The translations under genes were made by a program, and so were the position numbers. The notes below the pieces were generated by a model that saw nothing but the letters and a program-made list of their open reading frames with translations, made no database searches and had not been told where the DNA came from. From assembly GCA_028714935.1 (NCBI GenBank), contig JAQTLJ010000001.1, forward strand, positions 1 to 24,832: DNA of 24,832 nt, in the 5' to 3' direction. Shown here one piece after another: positions 17,656 through 24,832 of this stretch (its first letter is position 1; the number at the start of each line of letters is the position of its first letter). The stretch comes from Candidatus Margulisiibacteriota bacterium. Lineage in GTDB: Bacteria > Margulisbacteria > WOR-1 > O2-12-FULL-45-9.

Positions 17656-18162
17656 ATGCTGCGTAAAGCGATCTTAATTCTGGCCGTTGCCATAATAGCG
17701 ATCCCGGCCCTGGCCGAACCGGTCCTAAAGATCGGTTCTCCGCCGCCCCCACTGACCCTCCCCAACCTTAAAGGTGAAAATGTTTCTTTAGAATCGCGTT
17801 TAGCGGGGAAAGTCACGGTTATTGTTTTTTTTACCAGCTGGAGCAAATCGTGCCAGGAAGAGATCATCTGGCTCAAGAAATTGGCTGCGCGTCAAGATCT
17901 CCAGGTGATCGGCGTTTCCTTCGACCGCAAAGTTGCCCCGCTGAATGACTTTATCAAGGCTAACAATATTACCTTTGAGGTCCTCCATGACAAAAAATTA
18001 AAGGCCTTGAAGGATTACCGGATCCTGATCATCCCGACCCTGTTCATTTTTGATCAGGCGGGGAACTTAAAGAATATCTACGTTGATTTTGACGGGAATA
18101 CCAAGAAAGCCGTAAGCGCTGACATCAAGAAGCTTCTGCCGGCGGGTAATCCAGCTATCTGA
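17656..18162 (+). CDS. Exported TlpA/redoxin-family thioredoxin-fold protein with SxxC instead of CxxC
   Basis: Signal peptide MLRKAILILAVAIIAIPALA, then IGSPPPPLTLPNLKGENVSL, FFTSWSKSCQEE, VIGVSFD and IIPTLFIFD..G. I moved the start from 17590. Confidence 0.8.
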   Translation: MLRKAILILAVAIIAIPALAEPVLKIGSPPPPLTLPNLKGENVSLESRLAGKVTVIVFFTSWSKSCQEEIIWLKKLAARQDLQVIGVSFDRKVAPLNDFIKANNITFEVLHDKKLKALKDYRILIIPTLFIFDQAGNLKNIYVDFDGNTKKAVSADIKKLLPAGNPAI

Positions 18163-18520
18163 TCACTGCCCTGATCCTGTATTCTTCAACCGCTTTATCT
18201 TTTCCTTCCCAGGGACGGAAGTACAGCAGGCGGATCTTGCTGGAACCATTTTTCAAGGGTAGGATTTTCCAATAACTTGTGCCACCCGTCCCGACCCGAC
18301 CGGTCGCTTTGGCCTGGTAACCGGAATCAAGGACCCGGAAAAAGCTCTCATCCATCTCCGTGATATACCAATTGTAGCCGGTGGTCGGATTAGCCTCGAG
18401 TTCGAGCTTGAAAGGCTTGCCTTTTTCGACTTGCATCGTCGGACCGCCAGCCTTTCCACCATCCCGGCAACCGGCCAAAAGAACTGCCAGTAATAAAAAT
18501 AATATGATCTTATTTTTCAT
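18155..18520 (-). CDS. Chagasin/I42-family cysteine-protease inhibitor lipoprotein
   Basis: Lipobox LAGC and the three inhibitory loop motifs NPTTGY, GTGG and RPWE. Confidence 0.9.
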   Translation of the reverse strand: MKNKIILFLLLAVLLAGCRDGGKAGGPTMQVEKGKPFKLELEANPTTGYNWYITEMDESFFRVLDSGYQAKATGRVGTGGTSYWKILPLKNGSSKIRLLYFRPWEGKDKAVEEYRIRAVIR

Positions 18521-19722
18521 TATTCGTACCTCAGCGCCACGACCGGATCAAGCGCGGCGGCGCGCATCGCCGGATAAACGCCAAAGAAGATGCCGACCGC
18601 GGCCGAAACTACCGTGGCCATGATCACTGCCCACCAGGCAATGACCAGCGTCCCCTTGATGAACCACATGATCAGGAACGCCCCCAGCAAACCGAAAATT
18701 ATGCCCAGGATACCGCCGAGCAGGCTGATCATCATCGACTCAACCAGGAACTGGAGGACGATGTCCCGTCTTTTAGCGCCGATGGCCTTGCGGACCCCTA
18801 TCTCCCTGACCCGCTCATTGACCGCCACCAGCATGATGTTCATGATGCCGATGCCGCCGACCAAAAGCGAGATCGCCGCGATGCCGGTCACAAAACCGGT
18901 CAACGCCCCCATGATATTATTGACGATATTCAGGATCCCCTGCTGGGTCATAAAGCGGAAATCGTCGTTCCCCAAGCGGCGCAGCGTGACCGTCCGGACC
19001 TTTTCTTTGACCTCGTCCAACTTGTTGACATCTTTCGGGAAAATATTGAAACGCATGATATTATAATTGCCGAACATGTTCTTGACGATCGTGACCGGGA
19101 GCACGATCCGCCGGTCCATGTCCATCGGGCCGACGCTGCCGCGCGCTTCGGAGACGCCGATGATCAGGTACTGGTTGCCGCCCATCTTGATCCTTTCGCC
19201 CAGCGGGCTGCTCTCGCCGAACAGTTCCGTTGCCGCCCGGGGCCCGATCACCGCCACCTTGCGTCGTGATTCAACTTCCGCCTGGGTAAAATAGCGGCCG
19301 CTCTCCATTTTACCCCCCATCAGTTCCAGCGCATTAGCCGTCATCCCCATGACCGCCGCTCCCTTGACCGTTTTTTTACCGTACGACAGGTCACCGGAAC
19401 CGATATTCAGCGCCACAATATCCTTGATCTCCGGCACCCGGCTTTTGTAATGAGCAATGTCGGCATAAGTAAATTTAGGGTTGGGCGGCGAGTTTGCATC
19501 TTTACCCGCCACCAGGATAAACGAATCGTAACCAGCTCCCAGATTCTTGATCTGGTCGTTCACGTAGGTCTTTGCCCCCTCGCCGATCGTCACCAGCGTG
19601 ATAACCGAAAAGATGCCGATGATCACGCCGAGCATCGTCAGCGCGCTGCGGACCTTGTTGGACAAGAGCGCCCGCCAAGCCTGTTTCATTTCTTCCCAGA
19701 TGGAATAGATCAGCGCGTTCAT
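18520..19722 (-). CDS. MacB/FtsX-like ABC permease (second copy)
   Basis: RSALTMLGVIIG, a periplasmic domain, then IAAISLLVGGIGIMNIMLVAVNERVREIGVRKAIGA and DPVVALRYE. Confidence 0.93.
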   Translation of the reverse strand: MNALIYSIWEEMKQAWRALLSNKVRSALTMLGVIIGIFSVITLVTIGEGAKTYVNDQIKNLGAGYDSFILVAGKDANSPPNPKFTYADIAHYKSRVPEIKDIVALNIGSGDLSYGKKTVKGAAVMGMTANALELMGGKMESGRYFTQAEVESRRKVAVIGPRAATELFGESSPLGERIKMGGNQYLIIGVSEARGSVGPMDMDRRIVLPVTIVKNMFGNYNIMRFNIFPKDVNKLDEVKEKVRTVTLRRLGNDDFRFMTQQGILNIVNNIMGALTGFVTGIAAISLLVGGIGIMNIMLVAVNERVREIGVRKAIGAKRRDIVLQFLVESMMISLLGGILGIIFGLLGAFLIMWFIKGTLVIAWWAVIMATVVSAAVGIFFGVYPAMRAAALDPVVALRYE

Positions 19723-20912
19723 GCCTCAAACCTCAAAGCCTCGACCGGGTCTAACTTGGAAGCGCGCATCGCCGGATACACACCGAAAAATGTCCCAACC
19801 AGAAAAGCGACCAGGCAAGCCATATAAACCGCCCCCCAGGCGATGACCGCGGACATCTTGAGCCAGTCCATGATCCCCCAGGCGGCGAGCGTGCCAACGG
19901 TAATGCCGATCACCGCTCCGCTCATGGTGATGAGGACCGACTCAAAAACGAACTGAAAGAAAATGTCGCGCTGCTTGGCGCCGATCGCCTTGCGGATGCC
20001 GATCTCTCGGGTCCGCTCCGTGACGGCGACCAGCATAATGTTCATGATCCCGATCCCGCCGACCAGCAGCGAAATAGCGGCAATCGCCGAGACGATCCCG
20101 GTCATCGCGTTCAGGATATTATTGATGATATCGATCAATCCCTGTTGGGTATGGATATGAAAGTCTTCTTTTTTGTGCCGGGCGATCAGGATCTTTTTGA
20201 TCTCCTGAACAGCCTGCGGCACCTGGTCCTCGCTGTTAACCGTCATGAACATTTCCCAGATCTTGTTGGTCCCCAGGACCAGCGGCGACAGCGTTGACGG
20301 GATCAAGACCATGTCGTCCATGTCGTAGGTCAGCATCGTCCCCTTCTCTTCCAGCACGCCAATCACCTTAAAGCCTACGCCGTTGATCTTGACATTCTCG
20401 CCGAGCGGCGAGAACTCGCCAAAGAGGTTGCGCGCCACCGTCTTGCCGATGATCGCCACCCGTTTGCGCCCGGCATCCTCGGCGTGTGAAAAGAACCGCC
20501 CTTCGGCCGCTCCTTGTTTGTAGGCAAAAGGATAATCGGCTGACACGCCGAGCGTGTAGCCGGGCTTATATTCCTTTTTCCCGTAGTTCACCCTACCCCG
20601 GCCGACGAACTCGGTCATCAAATACTGCAGATTGTTGACCTTTGACCGCAGCGCTTGCGCGTCAGCGTAGGTCATGTTCATTTCGATCGTGTGGGAGTTT
20701 TCTTCACCCGGCTGGATCGTAATGCTGTTTGAGCCGACCCCCCAGCTGCCGACCTGGTCCATGATGTAGCTCTTCGCCCCTTCGCCCATGGAAACTAAAG
20801 TAATGACTGCCGCCACCCCGATGATCACTCCCATAGTGGTCAACAAGGAGCGGAGCCGGTTCGAGATGATCGAGCTGTAGGCGATCTTGAGCGGTTCAGC
20901 CAGGTTGATCAT
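19719..20912 (-). CDS. MacB/FtsX-like ABC permease (first copy)
   Basis: RSLLTTMGVIIG, IAAISLLVGGIGIMNIMLVAVTERTREIGIRKAIGA, DPVEALRFE. Confidence 0.93.
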   Translation of the reverse strand: MINLAEPLKIAYSSIISNRLRSLLTTMGVIIGVAAVITLVSMGEGAKSYIMDQVGSWGVGSNSITIQPGEENSHTIEMNMTYADAQALRSKVNNLQYLMTEFVGRGRVNYGKKEYKPGYTLGVSADYPFAYKQGAAEGRFFSHAEDAGRKRVAIIGKTVARNLFGEFSPLGENVKINGVGFKVIGVLEEKGTMLTYDMDDMVLIPSTLSPLVLGTNKIWEMFMTVNSEDQVPQAVQEIKKILIARHKKEDFHIHTQQGLIDIINNILNAMTGIVSAIAAISLLVGGIGIMNIMLVAVTERTREIGIRKAIGAKQRDIFFQFVFESVLITMSGAVIGITVGTLAAWGIMDWLKMSAVIAWGAVYMACLVAFLVGTFFGVYPAMRASKLDPVEALRFEA

Positions 20913-21601
20913 TTTACTGATTCGTCGGAAACGACCAGGCCATCTTTAAGCCGGACGATCCGTTTACTGTGGTCGGCGATCTCCTGATCGTGGGTGACAA
21001 TGATCAAAGTGATCCCCTTATGGTTCAATTCCTTGAAGAGGCGGATAATTTCCTCGCCGCTTTTTGAATCAAGGTTTCCCGTCGGCTCGTCGGCCAGGAT
21101 GATCGACGGATCATTGGCCAGCGAGCGGGCAATAGCGACACGCTGGCTCTGCCCCCCGGAGAGTTCCGATGGCTTGTGGTACATCCGCTCCTTCAGTCCG
21201 ACCGTTTCCAGCAAAGCGGCCGCCTTCCGTCGCCGTTCCTCAAAACCGACCCCGGCATAAATCAGCGGCAGCTCCACGTTCTCAATGGCATTCAGCTTCG
21301 GCAGCAGGTTAAAGGTCTGGAAGACGAAGCCGACCTTTTTGTTCCTGATCTCCGCCAGGTCGTTGTCATCCAGTTCATCAACGTCAACTTCATCCAGCTT
21401 AACATCGCCCGAGGTCGGCCGGTCAAGGCAGCCAAGGATATGCATCAGCGTCGATTTGCCGCAGCCTGATGGGCCCATGATCGAAACGAATTCGCCCCGG
21501 GCAATATGCAGCGTGATGCCGCGCAGGGCGTTGACCTCCACTTTCCCCATATAATAGGTGCGTTTGATGTCGGTTATCCTGACGACAATATTATCTTTCA
21601 A
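20909..21601 (-). CDS. MacB/LolD-type ABC ATP-binding protein
   Basis: Walker A GPSGCGKST, signature LSGGQ, Walker B IILADEPTGNLD and VTHD. TTG start with a GGGGAG SD 8 nt upstream. Confidence 0.95.
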   Translation of the reverse strand: MKDNIVVRITDIKRTYYMGKVEVNALRGITLHIARGEFVSIMGPSGCGKSTLMHILGCLDRPTSGDVKLDEVDVDELDDNDLAEIRNKKVGFVFQTFNLLPKLNAIENVELPLIYAGVGFEERRRKAAALLETVGLKERMYHKPSELSGGQSQRVAIARSLANDPSIILADEPTGNLDSKSGEEIIRLFKELNHKGITLIIVTHDQEIADHSKRIVRLKDGLVVSDESVK

Positions 21602-22466
21602 TCTTGACTCTCCCCTTGTCTTTCAACTTGGTGACATTGGAGATCGCCAGCAGTTCGCCTTCGGCAAGGCCGGACGTCGCCTCTACGCTGCTGAACGAGC
21701 GGATCCCGATCTCGATCTTCGTTTCCTTAACCCGGTTAGATTTACTGATCGTGTAAACAAAGGAGCTGTCGTCCTTGCTGACCAGCGCTTCGCGCGGCAC
21801 GATCAGGGCATTATTATTTTTTTTGGTCGCGATATCAACATTGACCGACATGTTCACTTTCAACTCGTCATGTCCGCCCAAAAACCTGATCTTGCAGGGA
21901 AAAACATAAGATTCCTCGTCCAGTTTAACGCGCCCGCCGACCTGGCGCAGTTCCGCCAGCGGCGCGATCCAGTAGATCAGGCCTTGATAAACCTTGTCAG
22001 GGTAAACATCGGAAGTGACCTTGACCTTATCACCGATCTTGACGTTGGCAATGTCGATCTCATCGATCTGGGCCTCCACCCACGACCGGTCATAATTAAC
22101 GACCACGATCGCCGGCTGGCCCTGGCTGGCGGTTTCACCGATATCGTAATTGATCTTGGCAACTATGCCGGTGTTGGGGGCGACCAGGCGGGTCGTGTCG
22201 TCAAATTCGGCCAAGGTTTGCCCGCCGTAGACCCTTTGGCCCTCCTTTACATTAATGACCATGATCTTGCCGCCCATTTTCGGCCCCAGGTCATAGACCG
22301 GGGCGTCGACGATCCCGCTGGCGGTCACGACCTGTTCGATCGGCCCCCTGACCACGGACGCCGCCTTGACCGCGATAACGTCGCGGTTGAGCCAGTTCAT
22401 GAACATCCAGCCGCCGAGCAGTAACACCGCCGCCAGAACAATCCATAGCCATTTACGATTTTTCAT
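21591..22466 (-). CDS. Membrane fusion (periplasmic adaptor) protein lacking the alpha-helical hairpin
   Basis: N-terminal TM anchor, directly joined lipoyl halves, a beta-barrel (VEAQIDEIDIANVKIG) and an MP domain (ALIVPREAL). I moved the start from 22529 to ATG 22466, after the tolC stop. Confidence 0.88.
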   Translation of the reverse strand: MKNRKWLWIVLAAVLLLGGWMFMNWLNRDVIAVKAASVVRGPIEQVVTASGIVDAPVYDLGPKMGGKIMVINVKEGQRVYGGQTLAEFDDTTRLVAPNTGIVAKINYDIGETASQGQPAIVVVNYDRSWVEAQIDEIDIANVKIGDKVKVTSDVYPDKVYQGLIYWIAPLAELRQVGGRVKLDEESYVFPCKIRFLGGHDELKVNMSVNVDIATKKNNNALIVPREALVSKDDSSFVYTISKSNRVKETKIEIGIRSFSSVEATSGLAEGELLAISNVTKLKDKGRVKIER

Positions 22467-22470
22467 GTTA

Positions 22471-23802
22471 TTACAGAACTCCTTTCCCAACAACTTTATT
22501 GATTTTCGCTTTGGCGATCTCAACGTCAAATAATGATTGCAAATAATCGTTCTTCGCTTGGGTCAGCGCTACCTGCGCATCAAGAACTTCCAGATTGGTT
22601 CCAACGCCGGAATTATAACGCAGGCTGGAGACTTTATACCCCTCATCAGCGGAAGCGACCGCTTTTTTAGTCGAACCGATCGTTTCCAGCGCGCTTACCA
22701 GGTTCAGATAAGCATCCCGGACTTCCAGCTCAATGCCGTTTCTGACCTGCTCCTCGGTCGCTTTTTGCGCCTCAAGATTGGCGGCGGCTTCGCGTATCCT
22801 GTTCTGGATCCCCAAACCGTCAAACAGCGTCCAGGAAGCCGCGCCGACAATCGACCAGGAATTAACATCTGAACTATAAGCAGGATTTTCGGTGATCTGT
22901 TTCCCGGTCACGGCCGAAAGCATGACGGTTGGCAGGTAAGCCGTCTGGGCAACCCTAAGATTGTCCTCGCTCATGCCCTTGCTTAAAAGATATTGTTTCC
23001 AGTCAGGGCGACTGTTAAAAGCCGTTCCCATCAGGTCTTTGTACCGAGGCTGGACAGCTACCGTTCCGGTCAAGCCCTCTTCCGCCAGGTCAACTGCCTG
23101 TTCAAGGTTATTTCCCAGAGCATTATTAAAAGCATCCTTGGCGATCTCCAGGCCGTTCTTGGCGCGCGTCAGGCCGACTTCCGCATTCGCCAGCTGGACT
23201 TCCGACCGCAGCAGGTCGGCTTTGGTCACTACGCCGGCAGCAAGCATCGCCTTAACCTGATCAACATGCGACTGCGCCATTTGTCTTGATTCATCAGCCA
23301 GTTTAACCATTTTAATTGCCTTGAGCACGCCATAATAAGCTTGTGTTACATTAAAGGAGGTATCCAAAACTGTTTTTGCCAGATCTTCTTTCGCTAAATC
23401 ATAATTTTTCTGGGCGATCTTATAGCCAGGCAAAAGAGCTGCGACAAAAACCGGCTGGCTGAGCGAAGCCTGCAGGCTCTTTAGGTCCTGGGTATCATTA
23501 GTCCCGAATGACATGGTCTGGGTAACCGCGCCCATGGTTGTTTGCGTGGTGATCTGTACCGTTGAGGGCTGGGTATATAATTTGCCGTATGATCCATCGA
23601 TCTTTATAGTGGGCATAAACATGCCGATCGCCTGCCCCAGCTTGGCATCGGCCGCGGCAACTTTCTTCTGCGCAGTTATAACCGAAGGATTACTCTGCAA
23701 AGCGATCCCGAGGCTTTCCTTTAAGGTCATGGCCTGAACCGAACAGTGTAATAGAAAAGCCAGCAAAAAAGATCCAATAACCGTTTTTTTCATAATGCCC
23801 AT
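22471..23802 (-). CDS. tolC: TolC-family outer-membrane efflux protein
   Basis: Signal peptide and two OEP repeats (ALQSNP.V...Q; RPDW...; A.LPTV.L), plus YNSGVGTNLEVLDAQ. SD GAGGT. Confidence 0.88.
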   Translation of the reverse strand: MGIMKKTVIGSFLLAFLLHCSVQAMTLKESLGIALQSNPSVITAQKKVAAADAKLGQAIGMFMPTIKIDGSYGKLYTQPSTVQITTQTTMGAVTQTMSFGTNDTQDLKSLQASLSQPVFVAALLPGYKIAQKNYDLAKEDLAKTVLDTSFNVTQAYYGVLKAIKMVKLADESRQMAQSHVDQVKAMLAAGVVTKADLLRSEVQLANAEVGLTRAKNGLEIAKDAFNNALGNNLEQAVDLAEEGLTGTVAVQPRYKDLMGTAFNSRPDWKQYLLSKGMSEDNLRVAQTAYLPTVMLSAVTGKQITENPAYSSDVNSWSIVGAASWTLFDGLGIQNRIREAAANLEAQKATEEQVRNGIELEVRDAYLNLVSALETIGSTKKAVASADEGYKVSSLRYNSGVGTNLEVLDAQVALTQAKNDYLQSLFDVEIAKAKINKVVGKGVL

Positions 23803-23811
23803 AATTTTACC

Positions 23812-24042
23812 TCATGATCGCCCGGAGAGCAATTTCTTAATATGTCCGACATGCCTGGTCAAACTTGCGAATAACTTGGCCATGTGTTTGGAGTGGACCA
23901 GGACCAACCCCATCTTACCCATCCCCTGTAAAACGATCAGCTTGTCGCCCGGCTTAATAGCAAAATCCCGGCGGGCTTTTGCCGGAATAACGACCTGCCC
24001 CCTCTCCCCAACGGTCACGGTATCGTAAAATATCCCTTCCAT
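23812..24042 (-). CDS. AbrB/MazE/SpoVT-family DNA-binding protein
   Basis: TVTVGERGQVVIPAKARRDFAIKPGDKL. SD AAGGAG 6 nt before the ATG. Confidence 0.9.
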   Translation of the reverse strand: MEGIFYDTVTVGERGQVVIPAKARRDFAIKPGDKLIVLQGMGKMGLVLVHSKHMAKLFASLTRHVGHIKKLLSGRS

Positions 24043-24056
24043 AGATCACTCCTTAA

Positions 24057-24081
24057 GTATGAAATGTGTGATTTATCATAC
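24057..24081. promoter_or_regulatory. Palindromic operator candidate overlapping the -10 box and start site
   Basis: GTATGA (24057-24062)-N13-TCATAC (24076-24081). Confidence 0.5.
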
Positions 24082-24103
24082 ATTGGCCGGGCAAATTTGT
24101 CAA
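24075..24103 (-). promoter_or_regulatory. Near-consensus sigma70 promoter of the efflux operon
   Basis: Minus strand TTGACA (24103-24098)-N17-TATGAT (24080-24075), with TG immediately upstream of the -10 box. Confidence 0.8.
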
Positions 24104-24123
24104 GGGGCGTTCCGCCAAGCGCT

Positions 24124-24832
24124 CTACTCCAGGCTTTTACGGAAACGGGCGACGCTCAGCATGATCAACACCACTCCCAGGACCAGCAACGGCCAGGTCT
24201 GTTCCCAGAGATATTTCATCCCCACACCTTTAAGGAAAAGGTTCCTGACGATCTCCAGGAAATAACGGGTCGGCATCAGGTAGGTCAGCAGCTGGATCGC
24301 CCAGGGCATGTTGGCGATCGGAAAAGTAAAGCCGGAAAGCATGAACATCGGGGCGGTCACGATATTGTTGGTCATCGACGCCTGCCGCTCGGTGCGGGAG
24401 ACCGCGGAAACGAGCAAGCCCATGCCCAGGCCGGAAAGGAGAAAAACGCCGCCCAGCAGGAACAGGAGCAGGATGTCCCCCTTCATCGGCACCTGGAACC
24501 AGAAGATCGTGACCATAAAGACCAAGGCGATGTCGACCAGGGAAAGGATCGCGTAAGGGAGCATCTTGCCAAGGATCAGCTCAAAGGGCCGCAGCGGCGT
24601 CACCGCCAGCATCTCCAGCGTTCCCTTCTCTTTCTCCTTGACAATGGAAGAGGCGGTCAACATCATGCTGACGATCAGGAGCAGCTGGGCAAAGATCGAG
24701 GGGACCATGAAGTTGACGCTCTTGAGGTCCGGGTTGTACCAGACGCGCAGGCGCAGGTCGAGCGGCGCTTGAGCGCCGCCTGCCAATCCGTAGTCGGCCA
24801 GCCGCTGCTGCAGATACGACTGGGAATTGGCA
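24124..24832 (-). CDS. ABC-2 type (YbhR/YbhS-like) permease, 5' part outside the window
   Basis: WYNPDLKS..FMVP, SIVKEKEKGTLEMLAVTP.RP.ELILGK, FMLSGFTFPIANMP. The frame is open to the right edge. Confidence 0.9.
   Translation of the reverse strand, partial: ANSQSYLQQRLADYGLAGGAQAPLDLRLRVWYNPDLKSVNFMVPSIFAQLLLIVSMMLTASSIVKEKEKGTLEMLAVTPLRPFELILGKMLPYAILSLVDIALVFMVTIFWFQVPMKGDILLLFLLGGVFLLSGLGMGLLVSAVSRTERQASMTNNIVTAPMFMLSGFTFPIANMPWAIQLLTYLMPTRYFLEIVRNLFLKGVGMKYLWEQTWPLLVLGVVLIMLSVARFRKSLE

Noticed and set aside
17842-17844. Selenocysteine in the TlpA-like active site
   Set aside because: The codon is AGC (Ser), not TGA.
18520-21601. LolCDE lipoprotein-sorting system
   Set aside because: The permeases carry MacB/YknZ-type motifs and are co-transcribed with an MFP and TolC.
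23812-24042. Toxin-antitoxin module
   Set aside because: No toxin ORF is adjacent; the next gene is tolC.
24106-24116. GGCG-TTC-CGCC hairpin as a terminator after the ABC-2 permease
   Set aside because: The stem is only 4 bp and there is no U-tract.

Overview
This is a gene-dense window from a diderm bacterium. It is mostly housekeeping genes, with a few orphan-like genes wedged between them. Left to right: (1) an N-terminal fragment of a POTRA-less Omp85-family barrel, divergent from a stand-alone trpG/pabA across an 18-bp spacer; (2) a FmdB-type zinc ribbon and an 85-aa orphan; (3) a coupled minus-strand operon: methyltransferase, 2TM-RCK channel, DUF2148-like Fe-S protein, cysE, cysS, serS; (4) a 3.5-kb patch of three unusual genes: a degenerate MraZ-like protein, a PPP-like metallophosphoesterase and a 541-aa repeat protein; (5) asd, divergent from gmhA-gmhB-hldE-TPR-lptC(A)-trxB-AEC transporter; (6) an SxxC TlpA-like protein; (7) an AbrB-headed operon: TolC, MFP, ABC ATPase, two MacB-like permeases and a chagasin lipoprotein; (8) a partial ABC-2 permease. 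I saw no tRNA, rRNA, CRISPR array or intact mobile element. The best candidate for a new system is an identical bipartite motif, GCAAGTT-N14-CCGATA (sigma28/FliA-like), directly upstream of two unlinked orphan-like genes with low-complexity N-termini, suggesting a scattered alternative-sigma regulon. Other observations: pervasive leaderless and bidirectional promoters, 7-bp tandem repeats translated inside genes, and a hairpin-less MFP in a TolC/MacB system coupled to a protease-inhibitor lipoprotein. The long LptC and the STRR2-like heptamers are compatible with a Cyanobacteria-sibling lineage such as Saganbacteria or Margulisbacteria, but that is a low-confidence inference. All family calls come from motif recognition by eye; no database searches were run.
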